Assembly (NCBI GenBank): GCA_021613535.1
Contig: CP075493.1
Location: forward strand, 12,400,001-12,464,000
From: Adineta vaga
Taxonomy: Eukaryota > Animalia > Rotifera
Direction of reading: 5' to 3'
DNA length: 64,000 nucleotides
Below the pieces are notes generated by a model. It had not been told where the DNA came from and ran no database searches. It saw only the letters and a program-made list of their open reading frames with translations. Positions 26,408 to 38,896 of the stretch are shown one piece after another; positions within the stretch are counted from its first letter, which is position 1, and the number at the start of each line of letters is the position of its first letter. The position numbers were made by a program, and so were the translations under genes.

Positions 26408-27418
26408 TTATAGATTTGTCTGATGTGTTCGATTTGTTGTTGTTATTATTGGTTCGATACGATGATTTTGACTCCAACAGAATGTAGAACGTAACATGCG
26501 CCATAGTTCTTTTCTGAACATACTTGATGTTAATGTATAAAGATAAAATGAAATTGCAGGAAATACATAACTAAATCCACCAGATATACCAGCTATAAAA
26601 TTTTCTATTGCTATTTGATCAGAACTTTTGTTTTGAATATAAGGAGAAACAATATTATTGGTACTATAAATCATATATGGTAATGTTACAATAACGAATG
26701 CAATTATTTGAGAAAATAACATTTTTAATACTTGTTGGTCACGTTTCAGTTGAATCTGCTTTGTTTGATCAATTCTTGCTGACGGATTAAGAACATCTTG
26801 ACGACGTTTTTGTTTTTCTGCTAAATTTTTCCGAATACCTACAGAAAATATAGTCATTAATGTCAATGGTAGAATAGATGTATTACACAAAGAATAGATG
26901 TTAGCAATAGTAATTCCAATTGTATCAAGAGAATTATAACAATTGTTCGATTTTATATTATAAAAGACCAACATATAAATATGTATAAGTGGGAGAATAA
27001 TAATAATTAAAGCAATAACTGGATATGCAAATTTGACATTTGACATTTGCCTTAAACGTGCATTTGAAGATGATAATGCAAAACGATCAAATGAAGCAGC
27101 ACATAATAAAAAACGAAATATAATAGACATAACATGTATAACATATGCACGACATTTACAAAAAGGAACATTATATGTTATTGGATTAGCATAAAAATAA
27201 CCATAAATTGCTGGAATTGAATACATTAAAAGATTGAATAACATTGCAATTGATGCAAAAAAGAAATATTTACAACATGATGTTGTTCGAAATTGTTTTT
27301 GAGAAAAAAGAAAAATATTAAGAATACATCCAGTCAAACCAAATGTAACAAAGAAACAAGATAAACCGAAAAGTGTAGGTTTTTGTATAAGTGATAATGT
27401 AATACTTAATGAAGACAT
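26408..27418 (-). CDS. Rhodopsin-like 7TM orphan GPCR
   Basis: GCILN, FCKCRAY, ASFDRF and FYLYTLTSSMFRKEL; intronless. Confidence 0.85.
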   Translation of the reverse strand: MSSLSITLSLIQKPTLFGLSCFFVTFGLTGCILNIFLFSQKQFRTTSCCKYFFFASIAMLFNLLMYSIPAIYGYFYANPITYNVPFCKCRAYVIHVMSIIFRFLLCAASFDRFALSSSNARLRQMSNVKFAYPVIALIIIILPLIHIYMLVFYNIKSNNCYNSLDTIGITIANIYSLCNTSILPLTLMTIFSVGIRKNLAEKQKRRQDVLNPSARIDQTKQIQLKRDQQVLKMLFSQIIAFVIVTLPYMIYSTNNIVSPYIQNKSSDQIAIENFIAGISGGFSYVFPAISFYLYTLTSSMFRKELWRMLRSTFCWSQNHRIEPIITTTNRTHQTNL

Positions 27419-29630
27419 TCTATATATGTTGATTTAATGTAGAAAATATGTTTGTTAAGAATCGTTGATTCAAGTAAGATTAGTTTTTTTTCAAATGAAA
27501 AAATGTTTGATGTTCAGAGAAAGTTCTTTGTTAAGAAAAGTAATCAATATAATGTATAGTCCTTGGCAGCTATAGCCTTCAACTAAACATAAGACTGATT
27601 ATCAGATTAACAAATCTACGTAGTTTGTTTTCAATATATGCAGTACGCCATAGTAAAATATGAGAATGTTATTAAAAATTCAATTTTAATCAAGAGTAAA
27701 GAATTAGTACTGTTAGTCATTTTGAAACGAGGTGTTTATTATGAGAAAAGTTATATTGACATAAGATTTTTTTTCTAAAATGAATTTTAACTTGATGAAT
27801 ATATTATATGTAATTTTTATAAATTCAATTTTAAAAGAAGAAGATTGTTGAAATTAAAGATAAGGAGAGAGGAAATTGATTTTCTTCATCGATTTAATTA
27901 TATAAAATGAGTAAATATTAAATTATCATTGCAATACGTGCATTAATGTCCTTTTAAAAATGTCACCGAGTTTCTGTCCTCAAAGAAAAAGGTCTTACAG
28001 GATTTTGTTCTTTGAAAGATGACAACGGATGAAATGTCGTTCATTTTGATATGAGTGCATAAAATAAAAGGGCATCAAGATATTCCTTTGAAATGAAGAA
28101 AAAAGATTTTTTTATCGAACAGTTTCGAGAATAGCTTGAAAAGAAAATGATGAATTTGAAGAAAATATTTTTATTAATGAAAATTTCTACAACGATTCTC
28201 TTCTCAGATTTCATGGAAAAGTGAAGATTTTCAAAATCAATGAGAAACAGAAGTGTGAAGTAAAATTCCGTCCAAGGAGAACCGCTCTATTAGAAAAACA
28301 AAATATACCAAAAGATATGATGGAGAAAAAAAAGAAGTGTAGTTGTGTTAAAAATGATGACACAGATGCAGTCGTAATATTGGAATAGTTATTTAAAAAA
28401 AACATATTTACTATTGTAAATGGATTATAAATAATTCATTGAAGTAAAGTGGAACACTCGTATCTATCTGTATTTCTATACTCACAAAACTAAGATTAAT
28501 AGAAATATCAAGACATGGTTTTGTGTTCTTCTTTGCGTTCAAGAAAGAAGTTAAAAGGTAATAAAGGAAACGAAACTAAGAACATTTATTCGTATTGTTG
28601 AAAAGTTTGGAATATAATAATTAACAATTTATATAACTCAATTATACTTTTTTTTTGTAAGAAAATGAAAGAATATTTATGTAAAACAAATCAATCTTGT
28701 TACATCCAAAGAGTTTTATTAGATTGAAAATTTTTACAATTTATGATTTCCATTAGTATATTAATAAGATTATAATATTAGTTATTGCATTAATTATACT
28801 CATCGATCAGTTATCCAAGTATCTTCCAAGACATTTTCAATTAGATTTCCTGAAAATAACTGTATTTAGGAAAGAACACCATCTTGAAGGTATGTGTGAG
28901 AGCAATATTCACATCCACACCCACACACTGGAAAAAGACGCAAATATCCACAAACCAGGACTCCGCGCGGGATGGAATCATCTCATCTTACCATAGGACA
29001 AGTATTTCTGTAAAAGTTCTCAATTTATCGAAAAAAATCATCGATATTTGTCTAAATTATTCAACAAAAACAATTTGAAAATATGCTTTTCAAAAGACTC
29101 TTTGAGTGATTATGAGGCATAACGATCAGATGATAATCTCGAGCAAAATAAAGATGTTCTAAATCTGAACTAATATAACCCATTCATCCTGCTTAGAAGG
29201 CCACTAGGAGGAAATTTTCAGAAAAAATGTGTGTATTTTGGCGGAAATTTAGCCAAGGTTTGAACCGAATGTGTCGCGACATAATATAAGGTCCAGGGCC
29301 TTTTATTCTTGAGGGAAGTGAGGAAGGGGTATTCATTTATGACTCTAATTTACCCGATTATTTATTTTTTGTATTTATATAAATGTTGATATGTATTCTT
29401 ACGGAAGGTAAAAAATGTGATGAATTTTATTATAATAAAGCTAAGTCCATTTCTTTATGGGCAATATTTTCAGAATAAATTTGATAATTATTACAGCAGC
29501 TTTAAATTTTCTCATTTAATATTTAATATTAAGTTTTAATTAAAAATAATAAATAATTATTTATTTTAATGATAATAATTTATTTAATAAATAATATTAA
29601 TTTGCAAAAGAGAAAAAAAATTGACAAAAT

Positions 29631-29671
29631 TAGTCGACGTTTCGACAGCTAACGCCTCGTTTTCAAGACCA
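29631..29671 (-). ncRNA. Type I hammerhead ribozyme variant (HHR1)
   Basis: UGGUC-UUGAAAA-C-GAGGC GUUA GCUGUC-GAAA-CG-UC^GACUA. Confidence 0.75.
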
Positions 29672-29806
29672 GTTCTTATATGTCACAGTAATTGACCAAT
29701 GAAAAATGATAAACAGAGAAAAGACTATCTTGCTGTATGAATATTCAGAAAAATTCAGATAGATATGCAACCAAGGGTGAAGTCCAAGCTATAAATTCTT
29801 ATAGGG

Positions 29807-32800
29807 TTAGACAACGACCAATGGTGATTGATCCAACGCTGGTTTTATCTTGACCTTAGGTTTATATGTCTGTAGACCTTCAGGAAAAATAATAAGTGGA
29901 ACTGAAGTAGTTGTTCTATTAAGTAATGGTTCGAAATTATTGATTAATAATGATTCTTTTATTAATAAATTATAGTTTTTGTTGTCTCTAGCTATGATCT
30001 TAAAGTTATTCAAATCAATTTTATGATTATTAGTATTTTCATGTTGCTTTACTGCTGAATGTGTTTGTTTGATTGGTTCAGGCTCAGTTATATCAGTTGT
30101 TGATTTATGAAAATATTGTATAGTTTTATTCTTATTTCTATCTGATCGTCTTAATGTTATAGAATTATCAATGACATCACTAGAGACAGTATTAGTTATA
30201 GTTGTTTTATCAAATTCTGCTCCGTGTTCTAGAAATCTTTTTTTAACATGTCTACAAGTTTTACCTATATAACTAGCATCACAATTAGAGCAATTTAATT
30301 TATATACAACATTAGATTTAAGTAAATTAGGTATTTGATCTTTGATTGGGAAATAACGGGCTAGTGTTATCGGTGGTCTTTCAATTGCTTGAAATGAAAT
30401 GTCTGGATCTATATCTTTAGTTATTTTAGATATCTGTTTTTTTAATACATTAGATGGTTCACCTATGAATGGTATATCTAGAATAATTCTTTTTTTCTTT
30501 GCTAAATTAGCTTTATTATTTATGGATTTATCATTAGATGTTTGTGTTTGTATTGAATTACTTTTTTCTATGTATCTAGTAAGTGTTTTTCGTATTTGAG
30601 CTTTTATAAAATTAATCGGATAACCATTTAAACTGCTAATAAATTCAATAAATTCAAATTCTTCATGCATCTGTTTATGTGAAGAACATATCCTTATCGC
30701 TCTGTAAACCATACTACTTATGGTACTGATTTTGTATGAGTGTGGTACGTAAGATTTCCATTTAGTTAATAATCCTGTATATGTTGGTTTTCGGTATATT
30801 GTTGTAGAGAATGAATTAGATATATGGTATGAATTATTATCAGTGGTAATGGTATTTGATGTTTTACTTTCAGATGAACAAATAGATGTATTTGATGTTT
30901 TAATTTCATATGAACAATTAGATGTATTTGACGTTTTAATTTCAGATAAACAGTTTGATGTATTAAATGTATTAATGTTATGGTTATTATTAAATTCAAT
31001 GAATGAATTACTCGATAAATTATTATTTGAGAAAGTGTTAGAATTATTCAATGATTTTGTTTCAATAAGAGTTGTTGATTCATTTTCATTTATGTTTATA
31101 TGATTTGTTGATAAATTAATATCAATTGTATTTGAATCTAGTGAATTATTTGATCGATCAACTATTGTATTTAATGGATTCATACTTAAACTATTCATGG
31201 ATATAATTGATGATTGATTTATATTATAGTTTGATTGAGCTTTATTAAAAATATTATTTTTTATTTGTGTTATATTTAAATGATTAAAAGGCTTATTATT
31301 TAGATTAAAAGTGACTGTCTTATATGATTTGGATTCATGATTGATAGTGTTAAATAACTTAGAATTTGTATTGGTTGAATTAATTCTCTTATCGTTATCT
31401 ACTAATGATTCATTTTCTATTCTATTGTTTATACAAGTTGTTCTATTAGTATTTGTCGGTATGATATCAATTCGATTGTTTGAATCAAATAATGTTGTAT
31501 AATACGAATTATTATTTACACTGATATCTACATGTGTTAATGGTTGATTTATATAAACGTTAGATGTCAAATTATGAACATTAATATCATTTGTATTCGA
31601 TGTATTACAAAAGTTAGTTGTTGTATTGTTACAATTATATGTAAAATTATCTTTTGATTTAGATTCAAGTATAATTACGTTGTCTGGAATATTATTAAGA
31701 TCATTCGAATTCATATCAATATTCTTGTCGAAGTTAGAAATCAATTTCTTATCTGAATCTTTTATTAAATTTGAAAACAGTTTTTTATACTTTTGTTTGA
31801 TAGATGGAATGATATTATTGTTATTAATCAAAATATTTGTTGCATTATTATTAGTTGTGTTTGTTTGATCAATATGTGTAATATTATTATCATTTTCATT
31901 AGATTTAGTATTTACACTCGTTTTTTATTTGTTTTTCATATCAATTAATGATTTAATAAATACATCGATCTTTTGATTATGATCTGTATTTGAAGATATA
32001 GAACTGTTTCTATTAGAATTTGAATTGTTATTTAATTTGTTATTTGTATTAGAATTTTGTCGTTGTTGATTAGTATTGTTGTTATTGTTTTTATTTCTTT
32101 TATTATTATTAGAATAAATAGAAGAAGATCTCGATGATTTATCTTTACGTTCTTTTGTTTCTTTGACTTTTGTTTTGTTGATTGGCTTGTCATTAAATCC
32201 GTTGTTGTTATTAATGGTTATAATATTATTAGGTATTCTAGTGATGTTTATGTCAAGGAATGGCAATGAATTGTTTTTTTCTTCTTCGAAAGTAAAAACT
32301 ATAGAATTATCGAAGCTATTTAATATATCAATTATCTTATCAGCATTAGCATCTTTCTTTATTATAGCATATGTGTCATCAACAAATCTTCTCCAATACA
32401 ACAAACCATTATTTTTCAAACGTGACATTAGTTTATCTTCTAAATAATTGACATATATATCTGCAAATAAAGGTCCAAGTGGAGACCCCATGGCTACACC
32501 ATTGATTTGTGAATAAATTTTATTATTAAAAATAAAATTAGTTTCTTTAGTTGATGTTTCAAGTAGATATTTCATTTCAAATCTATTTTTACATTTATTA
32601 CACCAATCATCGCGTTTCTTATCACTATAGGTACATGTGTGTTGCAATCCATACAATTTATCAAGTATAATTTCAATCGTTCGATCTAGTGGAACATTGG
32701 TAAACAAACTTGTTATATCAAATGACATCATTTTTATTTGAGAATTATCAAATTTCAATGTAAGCAACTCATCAACAAATGTGAAAGTATCTTTAATTAT

Positions 32801-34051
32801 TCTATCATTTCTTCTTAAATAATCAAGTTTAGTAGCTAATAACTTTGCCAACTTATAATTGAATGTTCCTGTAGCTGATACAATCGGTCTAAGAGGTGCT
32901 CCTTGTTTATGAATTTTAGGTAAACCATAAATTCTAGCTGGTTGAGAGCCTCTAGGCCGACAAAAGTAATATTCCTTTTCACTTATAAAACCTTCATTTT
33001 TCAACTGTATTAATTTACGTATCAATCTCTCTTCTTGTATTATAGTTTCATCACATTCAATGATTTTAAATGTATTACAATCTTTTAATAAATCAAGCAT
33101 CTTATTATTATATTCTTCTCTATCAATTAGTACAATTCCTTTGCCTTTATCTGGCTTTGTGATTAATATTGATTTGTCCTTAGAAAGATTTTTCAAAATG
33201 TTTTTAAATTGAATAGTTTCATGTTTATGTATATTTATTATCTTATTAGCATTCTTACGAAAATGATTACAAACTGATCTGATTTTACTAGCATATTGCA
33301 ATTGAATTGGTGTTAGATTATATTTTATTTCTTCATCCGCATCTTTTTCTTCATAATCCTTTTTATCAGTACAATGACCTAATACTTCAACGAAAAAAGT
33401 TTCAATATTACTTATGAATGACATTTCATCAAATTTGTTATCTGGTAAAACAAAATTTAAACCATTTTCTAATATATTTATTTCTTTATCTGTTAAAATT
33501 CTCTTTGATAAATTAGTTATTGGCGATAAAATAGATTTAACTGATTGTGTTTTTGGATTTTGTTTGTTACGTAAATTATTTAATTTTCTTACATGAGTTT
33601 TCCTGATTTTTGTTTCTTTTAATAGTACCAACTTATTAATAATTCTCTCTAATCTACATACATATAAATGATTCAGGTCAAGATTTAACAACGTCTTACA
33701 ATTTCTGTCTATACGATACAAACGAGATAACTCACTTTTCTTGTGTTTTAATTCGTTGAGCAAGATCTGTTCGTAACAATCATTAATAGCCCGTCGATGA
33801 TGTTGATGCGTCGATGGGATCTTAAATTGAACGAATTTTGGAATTAATTTTTCTCGTTTACATGTTCGTAAAAAATCCAAGTCCAGTTTAATCTTTGACA
33901 TCTTGAGCTGGTGCTTGCCATAGAAAAATACATTTTTTCCAATCACAGACCCATATTGCTGCCCTATTATTTGAATATAATTCCATTTCTTTATGGGCAA
34001 TATTTTGAGAATAAACTTAATCATTATTACAGCAGCTTTAAATTTTTTCAT
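29807..34051 (-). pseudogene. Penelope RT-GIY-YIG polyprotein (~1414 codons) with Asn-rich insert and one in-frame TAA at 31925-31927
   Basis: YGLPKIHK, FDITSLFTNV, GVAMGSPL, FVDD, LPFLD...IYRKPT, VVY..C..C..YIGKT; the two ORFs share a frame. Confidence 0.9.
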
Positions 34052-34164
34052 TTGATATTTAATTTTAAATTTTAATTAAAATTAATAAATAATTATTTAT
34101 TTCAATGATTATGATTTATTGAATAAATAATATTAATTTACAAAAGAAAAAAAATTGACAATAT

Positions 34165-34205
34165 TCGTCGACGTTTCGAGGATTAACACCTCATTTTCAA
34201 GACCA
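34165..34205 (-). ncRNA. Type I hammerhead ribozyme variant (HHR2)
   Basis: UGGUC-UUGAAAA-U-GAGG UGUUAAU CCUC-GAAA-CG-UC^GACGA. Confidence 0.75.
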
Positions 34206-34495
34206 GATGTTAAATGATTCATAAAGAAAGCAAGAGAAAGGACCAAAGAAAGAAAACAAAACAGCTGTTCTATATGCCAATCAGAATCTTTATAAACAAC
34301 CTTACAAGGCTTTAATTTATATTACCATGATAAGTTTAACTTCATTCGTTTAAGAGCTATTTATCGATTTTTTTATTCGAACCAGAAAAAATGAGTATTT
34401 TACCATTCTATCTTATGTCTTCATTTATCAATCATTCAAATTATTTCACATCAACACGATTATACTATACTAACAAAAGATCATCTTCTTATAAG

Positions 34496-37431
34496 GTCAA
34501 AGAAACAAAAGAACGTAAAGATAAATCATCGAAATCTTCTTCTATTTATTCTAATAATAATAATAAAAGAAATAAAAACAATAACAACAATAATATTGAA
34601 CAACGACAAAAGTCTAATAGAAATAGTTCTTCATCTTCAAATACAGATCATAATCAAAAGATCGATGCATTTATTAAATCATTAATTGAAACTAAAAACA
34701 AAACAATAACGAGTGTAAATAATAAATCTAATAATACACATATTGATCAAACAAATATAGTCAATAATAATGCAATAGATATCTCGACTAATAACGTTAA
34801 CACCAATCCATCTATCAGACAGAATAATAGAAAATTGTTTTCAAAGTTAATAAAAGATTCAGATAAGAAATTGATTTCTAATTTTGACAAGATGATTGAT
34901 ATTAATTCGAATGATCTCAACATTATTCCAGACAACGAAATTTTACGTGAATCTAAATCAAAAGATAATTGTACATATAATTGCAACTATACAACAACTA
35001 ACTCTTGTAACACATCGAATAGAAAGGACATTATTAGTCAAAATTCGACATCCAACGTGTATATAAATCAACCAACAACACATACAGATATCATTGAGAA
35101 TGATAGCTCAAATAATACAACATTAATTGATTCAAATAATCGAATTGATATCATACCAACAAATACTAATAGAATAACTAATCTAAAGAATAAAATAAAA
35201 AATAATTCAATAATAGATATTGATAAAAGTATTAATTTATCTCCAAATTCAAACGTTGATAATAATACCAATATGAATTCAATAGATCATAACATATGTT
35301 CAAATAATAGAATTTTGCATCAATCTAAATCAAATGTTATATACAGATATAATTCGAACAATAGAACTAATTTTTGTAATACATCAAATACAAGTGACAT
35401 GAATGTTCATAATTTGATCTCCATTGTATATATAAATCAACCAACAACACATGCAGATGTCATTGAGAATAACAGTTCAAATAATACAGCATTAAGTGAT
35501 CCAAATAATCAAATTGATATCATACCAACAAATATTAATATAACAAGTAATCTAAACAATAGATTAGAAAATGAATCATTATTAGATAATGATAAGAGAA
35601 TTAACTCAACCAATACAAATTCAAAGCTAGATAACACTATCAAACATAAGTTGAAATCATATAAGACAGTTACTTTTAATCTAAATAATATTCCATTGAA
35701 TAATTCAAATATAACACATATAAATAATGTTATTTTAAATAAAATTCAATCAAACTATAATATAAATCAATCTTCAATGGTATACATGAATAGTTTAAAT
35801 AATAATCCATTAAATACAACAGTTGATCGATCAAATAATTCATTAGATTTAAATACAATCAATACTAATTTATTAACACATTACATAAACTTAAATGAAA
35901 ATGAATCAACAACTCTTATTGAAACAAAATCATTGAATAATTCTAACACTTTCTCAAATAATAATCAATCGAGTAATTCACCTATTGAATTTAATAATAA
36001 CCATAACATTAATACATCTAATACACCTAACTGTTCATCTGAAATTAAAAGATCAAATACCATTACCACTGATAATAATTCATACCATATATCTAATTCA
36101 TTTTCTACAACAATATACCGAAAACCAACATATACAGGATTATTAACTAAATGGAAATCTTACGTACCACACTCATATAAAATTAGTACTATCAGTTGTA
36201 TGATTTACAGAGCGATAAGAATATGTTCTTCATATAAACAGATGCATGAAGAATTTAAATTTATTGAATTTATCAGCAGTCTAAATGGTTATCCTATTAA
36301 TTTTGTAAAAGCTCAAATACGAAAAACACTTACTAGATACATAGAAAAAAGTAATTCAATACAAACACAAACATCTAATGATAAATCTATAAATAATAAA
36401 GATAATTTAGCAAAGAAAAAAAGAATTATTTTAGACATACCATTTATAGGTGAACCATCTAATGTATTAAAAAAGCAGATATCTAAAATAACAAAAGTTA
36501 TAGATCCAGACATTTCATTTCAGGCAATTGAAAGACCACCGATAACACTAGCCCGTTATTTCCCAATCAAAGATCAAATACCTAATTTACTTAAATCTAA
36601 TGTTGTATATAAATTAAATTGCTCTAATTGTGATGCTAGTTATATAGGTAAAACTTGTAGACATGTTAAGAAAAGATTTTTAGAACATGGAGCAGAATTT
36701 GATAAAACAACTATAACTAATACTGTCTCTAGTGATGTAACTGTTAATTCTATTACATTAAGACGATCAGATAGAAATAAGAATAAAACTATACAATATT
36801 TTCATAAATCAACAACTGATATAACTATTCCTGAACCAATCAAACAAACACATTCAGCAGTAAAGCAACATGAAAATACTAATAATCATAAAATTGATTT
36901 GAATAACTTTAAGATCATAGCTAGAGACAACAAAAACTATAATTTATTAATAAAAGAATCATTATTAATCAATAATTTCGAACCATTACTTAATAGAACA
37001 ACTACTTCAGTTCCACTTATTATTTTTCCTGAAGGTCTACAGACATATAAACCTAAGGTCAAGATAAAACCAGCGTTGGATCAATCACCATTGGTCGTTG
37101 TCTAACCCTATAAAAATTTATAGCTTGGACTTCACCCTTGGTTGCATATCTATCTGAATTTTTCTGAATATTCATACAGCAAGATAGTCTTTTCTCGTTT
37201 TTTATCATTTTTCATTGGTCAATTAATGTGACATATAGAACTTGTCTTGAAAATGAGGCGTTAGCTGTCGAAACGTCGACGAATATTGTCAATTTTTTTT
37301 CTTTTGTAAATTAATATTATTTATTCAATAAATCATAATCATTGAAATAAATAATTATTTATTAATTTTAATTAAAATTTAAAATTAAATATCAAATGAA
37401 AAAATTTAAAGCTGCTGTAATAATGATTAAG
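34496..37431 (+). mobile_element. 5'-truncated inverted Penelope copy (Asn-rich insert, thumb, GIY-YIG, 3' pLTR)
   Basis: Inverted homologue of 29446-32167; open frame to 37105; ends with the ORF start MKKFKAAVIMIK. Confidence 0.92.
37242..37282 (+). ncRNA. Type I hammerhead ribozyme variant (HHR3)
   Basis: UUGUC-UUGAAAA-U-GAGGC GUUA GCUGUC-GAAA-CG-UC^GACGA; predicted cleavage after 37277. Confidence 0.75.
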
Positions 37432-37772
37432 ATATAAATTGAATTGTTAGAATTGATAAAAAGTCCACGGGGATAGCTACCAACTGTACTTGAACTAGCA
37501 AAAAGACTTGCATTTACGCTCCAAGTTGCATTCGGGTCTAATTTTGGTTGATTGTATGAAACATCTAAATAATTACACCTTTTTATCATTTGAAATATAT
37601 TAGAGCAAAAATATAACGAGAGAGCGAAAGGCATATAGAGGCAAGTTATGTTTCTGTAATCATCTGTGTACTCACGAAGATTTCGATATAAGTAATTATA
37701 CTTACTTGATGCTTGTCCAAATGTCAATAAAATCAACCATAAAAATGAACTATCAATTGATATCTTTGCCAT
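37432..37772 (-). pseudogene. 5' fragment of a secreted NHL-repeat gene, cut by the Penelope element
   Basis: Signal-peptide exon 37772-37706, then exon SYNQPKLDPNATW...PRGLFINSNNSIY ending at the element terminus. Confidence 0.7.
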
Positions 37773-38896
37773 CAATTGAAGTGTTTTTGCTTTGTATAAC
37801 GTTTATCTCAAGAATTTTCTTTGCCTATCTACTTATTTATAGGGAAAGAAATGAAGTGAAACTAATAATTTTCTCTTTCATATATATCTCTCCTTCTCTT
37901 TTCTGCTTACCTGTCCTTTTTCAAGTATAACATCAACAAACATAATTCAGACAAACAATTTTCTTAGAGTTATTTATTTAATCGTAAAAAATTCCGGACA
38001 ATAGCATCTCTCTATTACTATTCATTTGAAACTAAAATGTTAAAAAAATTGTATCAAACGATTTTCGAAGATATTAAATGAATACGAGTAATAGTTATTG
38101 TTATTATAAAACTATTTCATAAATATTTTCTTCAAAAATAAATAATTAAAAAAAACACAATATAAAATATCACGTATTTGTTTTTAATCGGAAAAGAACC
38201 GGTATGAAATTCTTTTCAAGGACAAGTAAGTCAGGAACGCTCCCCTTGCCAGTGATATCAATATTGACGTCTATTGGAATATTTAGAGAATAAGACAGGC
38301 ACGGCCGTTTTGAAACTCAAATTAGAATTGATTATTTTCGAGTACTATTTTCAACTTTATTTTGCAGAGAACGACATTGGTCGCTTTACCACCTAGCATA
38401 TACTCCCATATAGTAGTGAGTGAGACAGTAAATATTCCCATACATGTGATATATTAGAATTATTATTTTGCGGTTTTTTCCAAGTTGCACAATGTGTCTC
38501 GCCGTAAAAATCTTCTTATACTAACAAGTTTTTTTGCTCTGTATAATAGGCAATGACAGTCGGTAAGAAATGTAATTAATTGAAAGTAAACAAGAATTCT
38601 TTTGAGAAATTTATTTTCCTCTTTTCTAACGTAAACTATAGATGCGTTACTCCAGTGCTTATTGTTTCTTTCTATTTTAACAAACGAACACGTAGTAAAT
38701 ATATAAGAAAAGAAGAAAAAAATTGTAATTGGCCCTTTACGTGCTGTATGTACTACCGTCATCGTCGGCAGTTCTGTTACAAACAATTTTTGAAGTTTTT
38801 TTAAAGGTTTTATGTTAAGAAATATATGGTAAGAAAAAAAAACTGAATAAAAAACAAACGTACGTTTTACACACAGCTGAATATTTTCTAACAGAT

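Larger units (their letters stand above)
29446..34490 (-). mobile_element. Penelope-like retroelement, near full length
   Basis: RT plus GIY-YIG ORF; 3' pseudo-LTR repeats the 5' UTR and ORF start (MRKFKAAV...KKW at ~29515-29446). Confidence 0.92.

Noticed and set aside
31925-31927. Programmed stop read-through in the Penelope ORF
   Set aside because: The inverted copy has a sense codon here; a simple mutation is more parsimonious
34391-37105. 904 aa ORF as an independent host gene
   Set aside because: It is a truncated Penelope copy; the first ~35 codons are chance read-in from the antisense of the neighbouring 5' region
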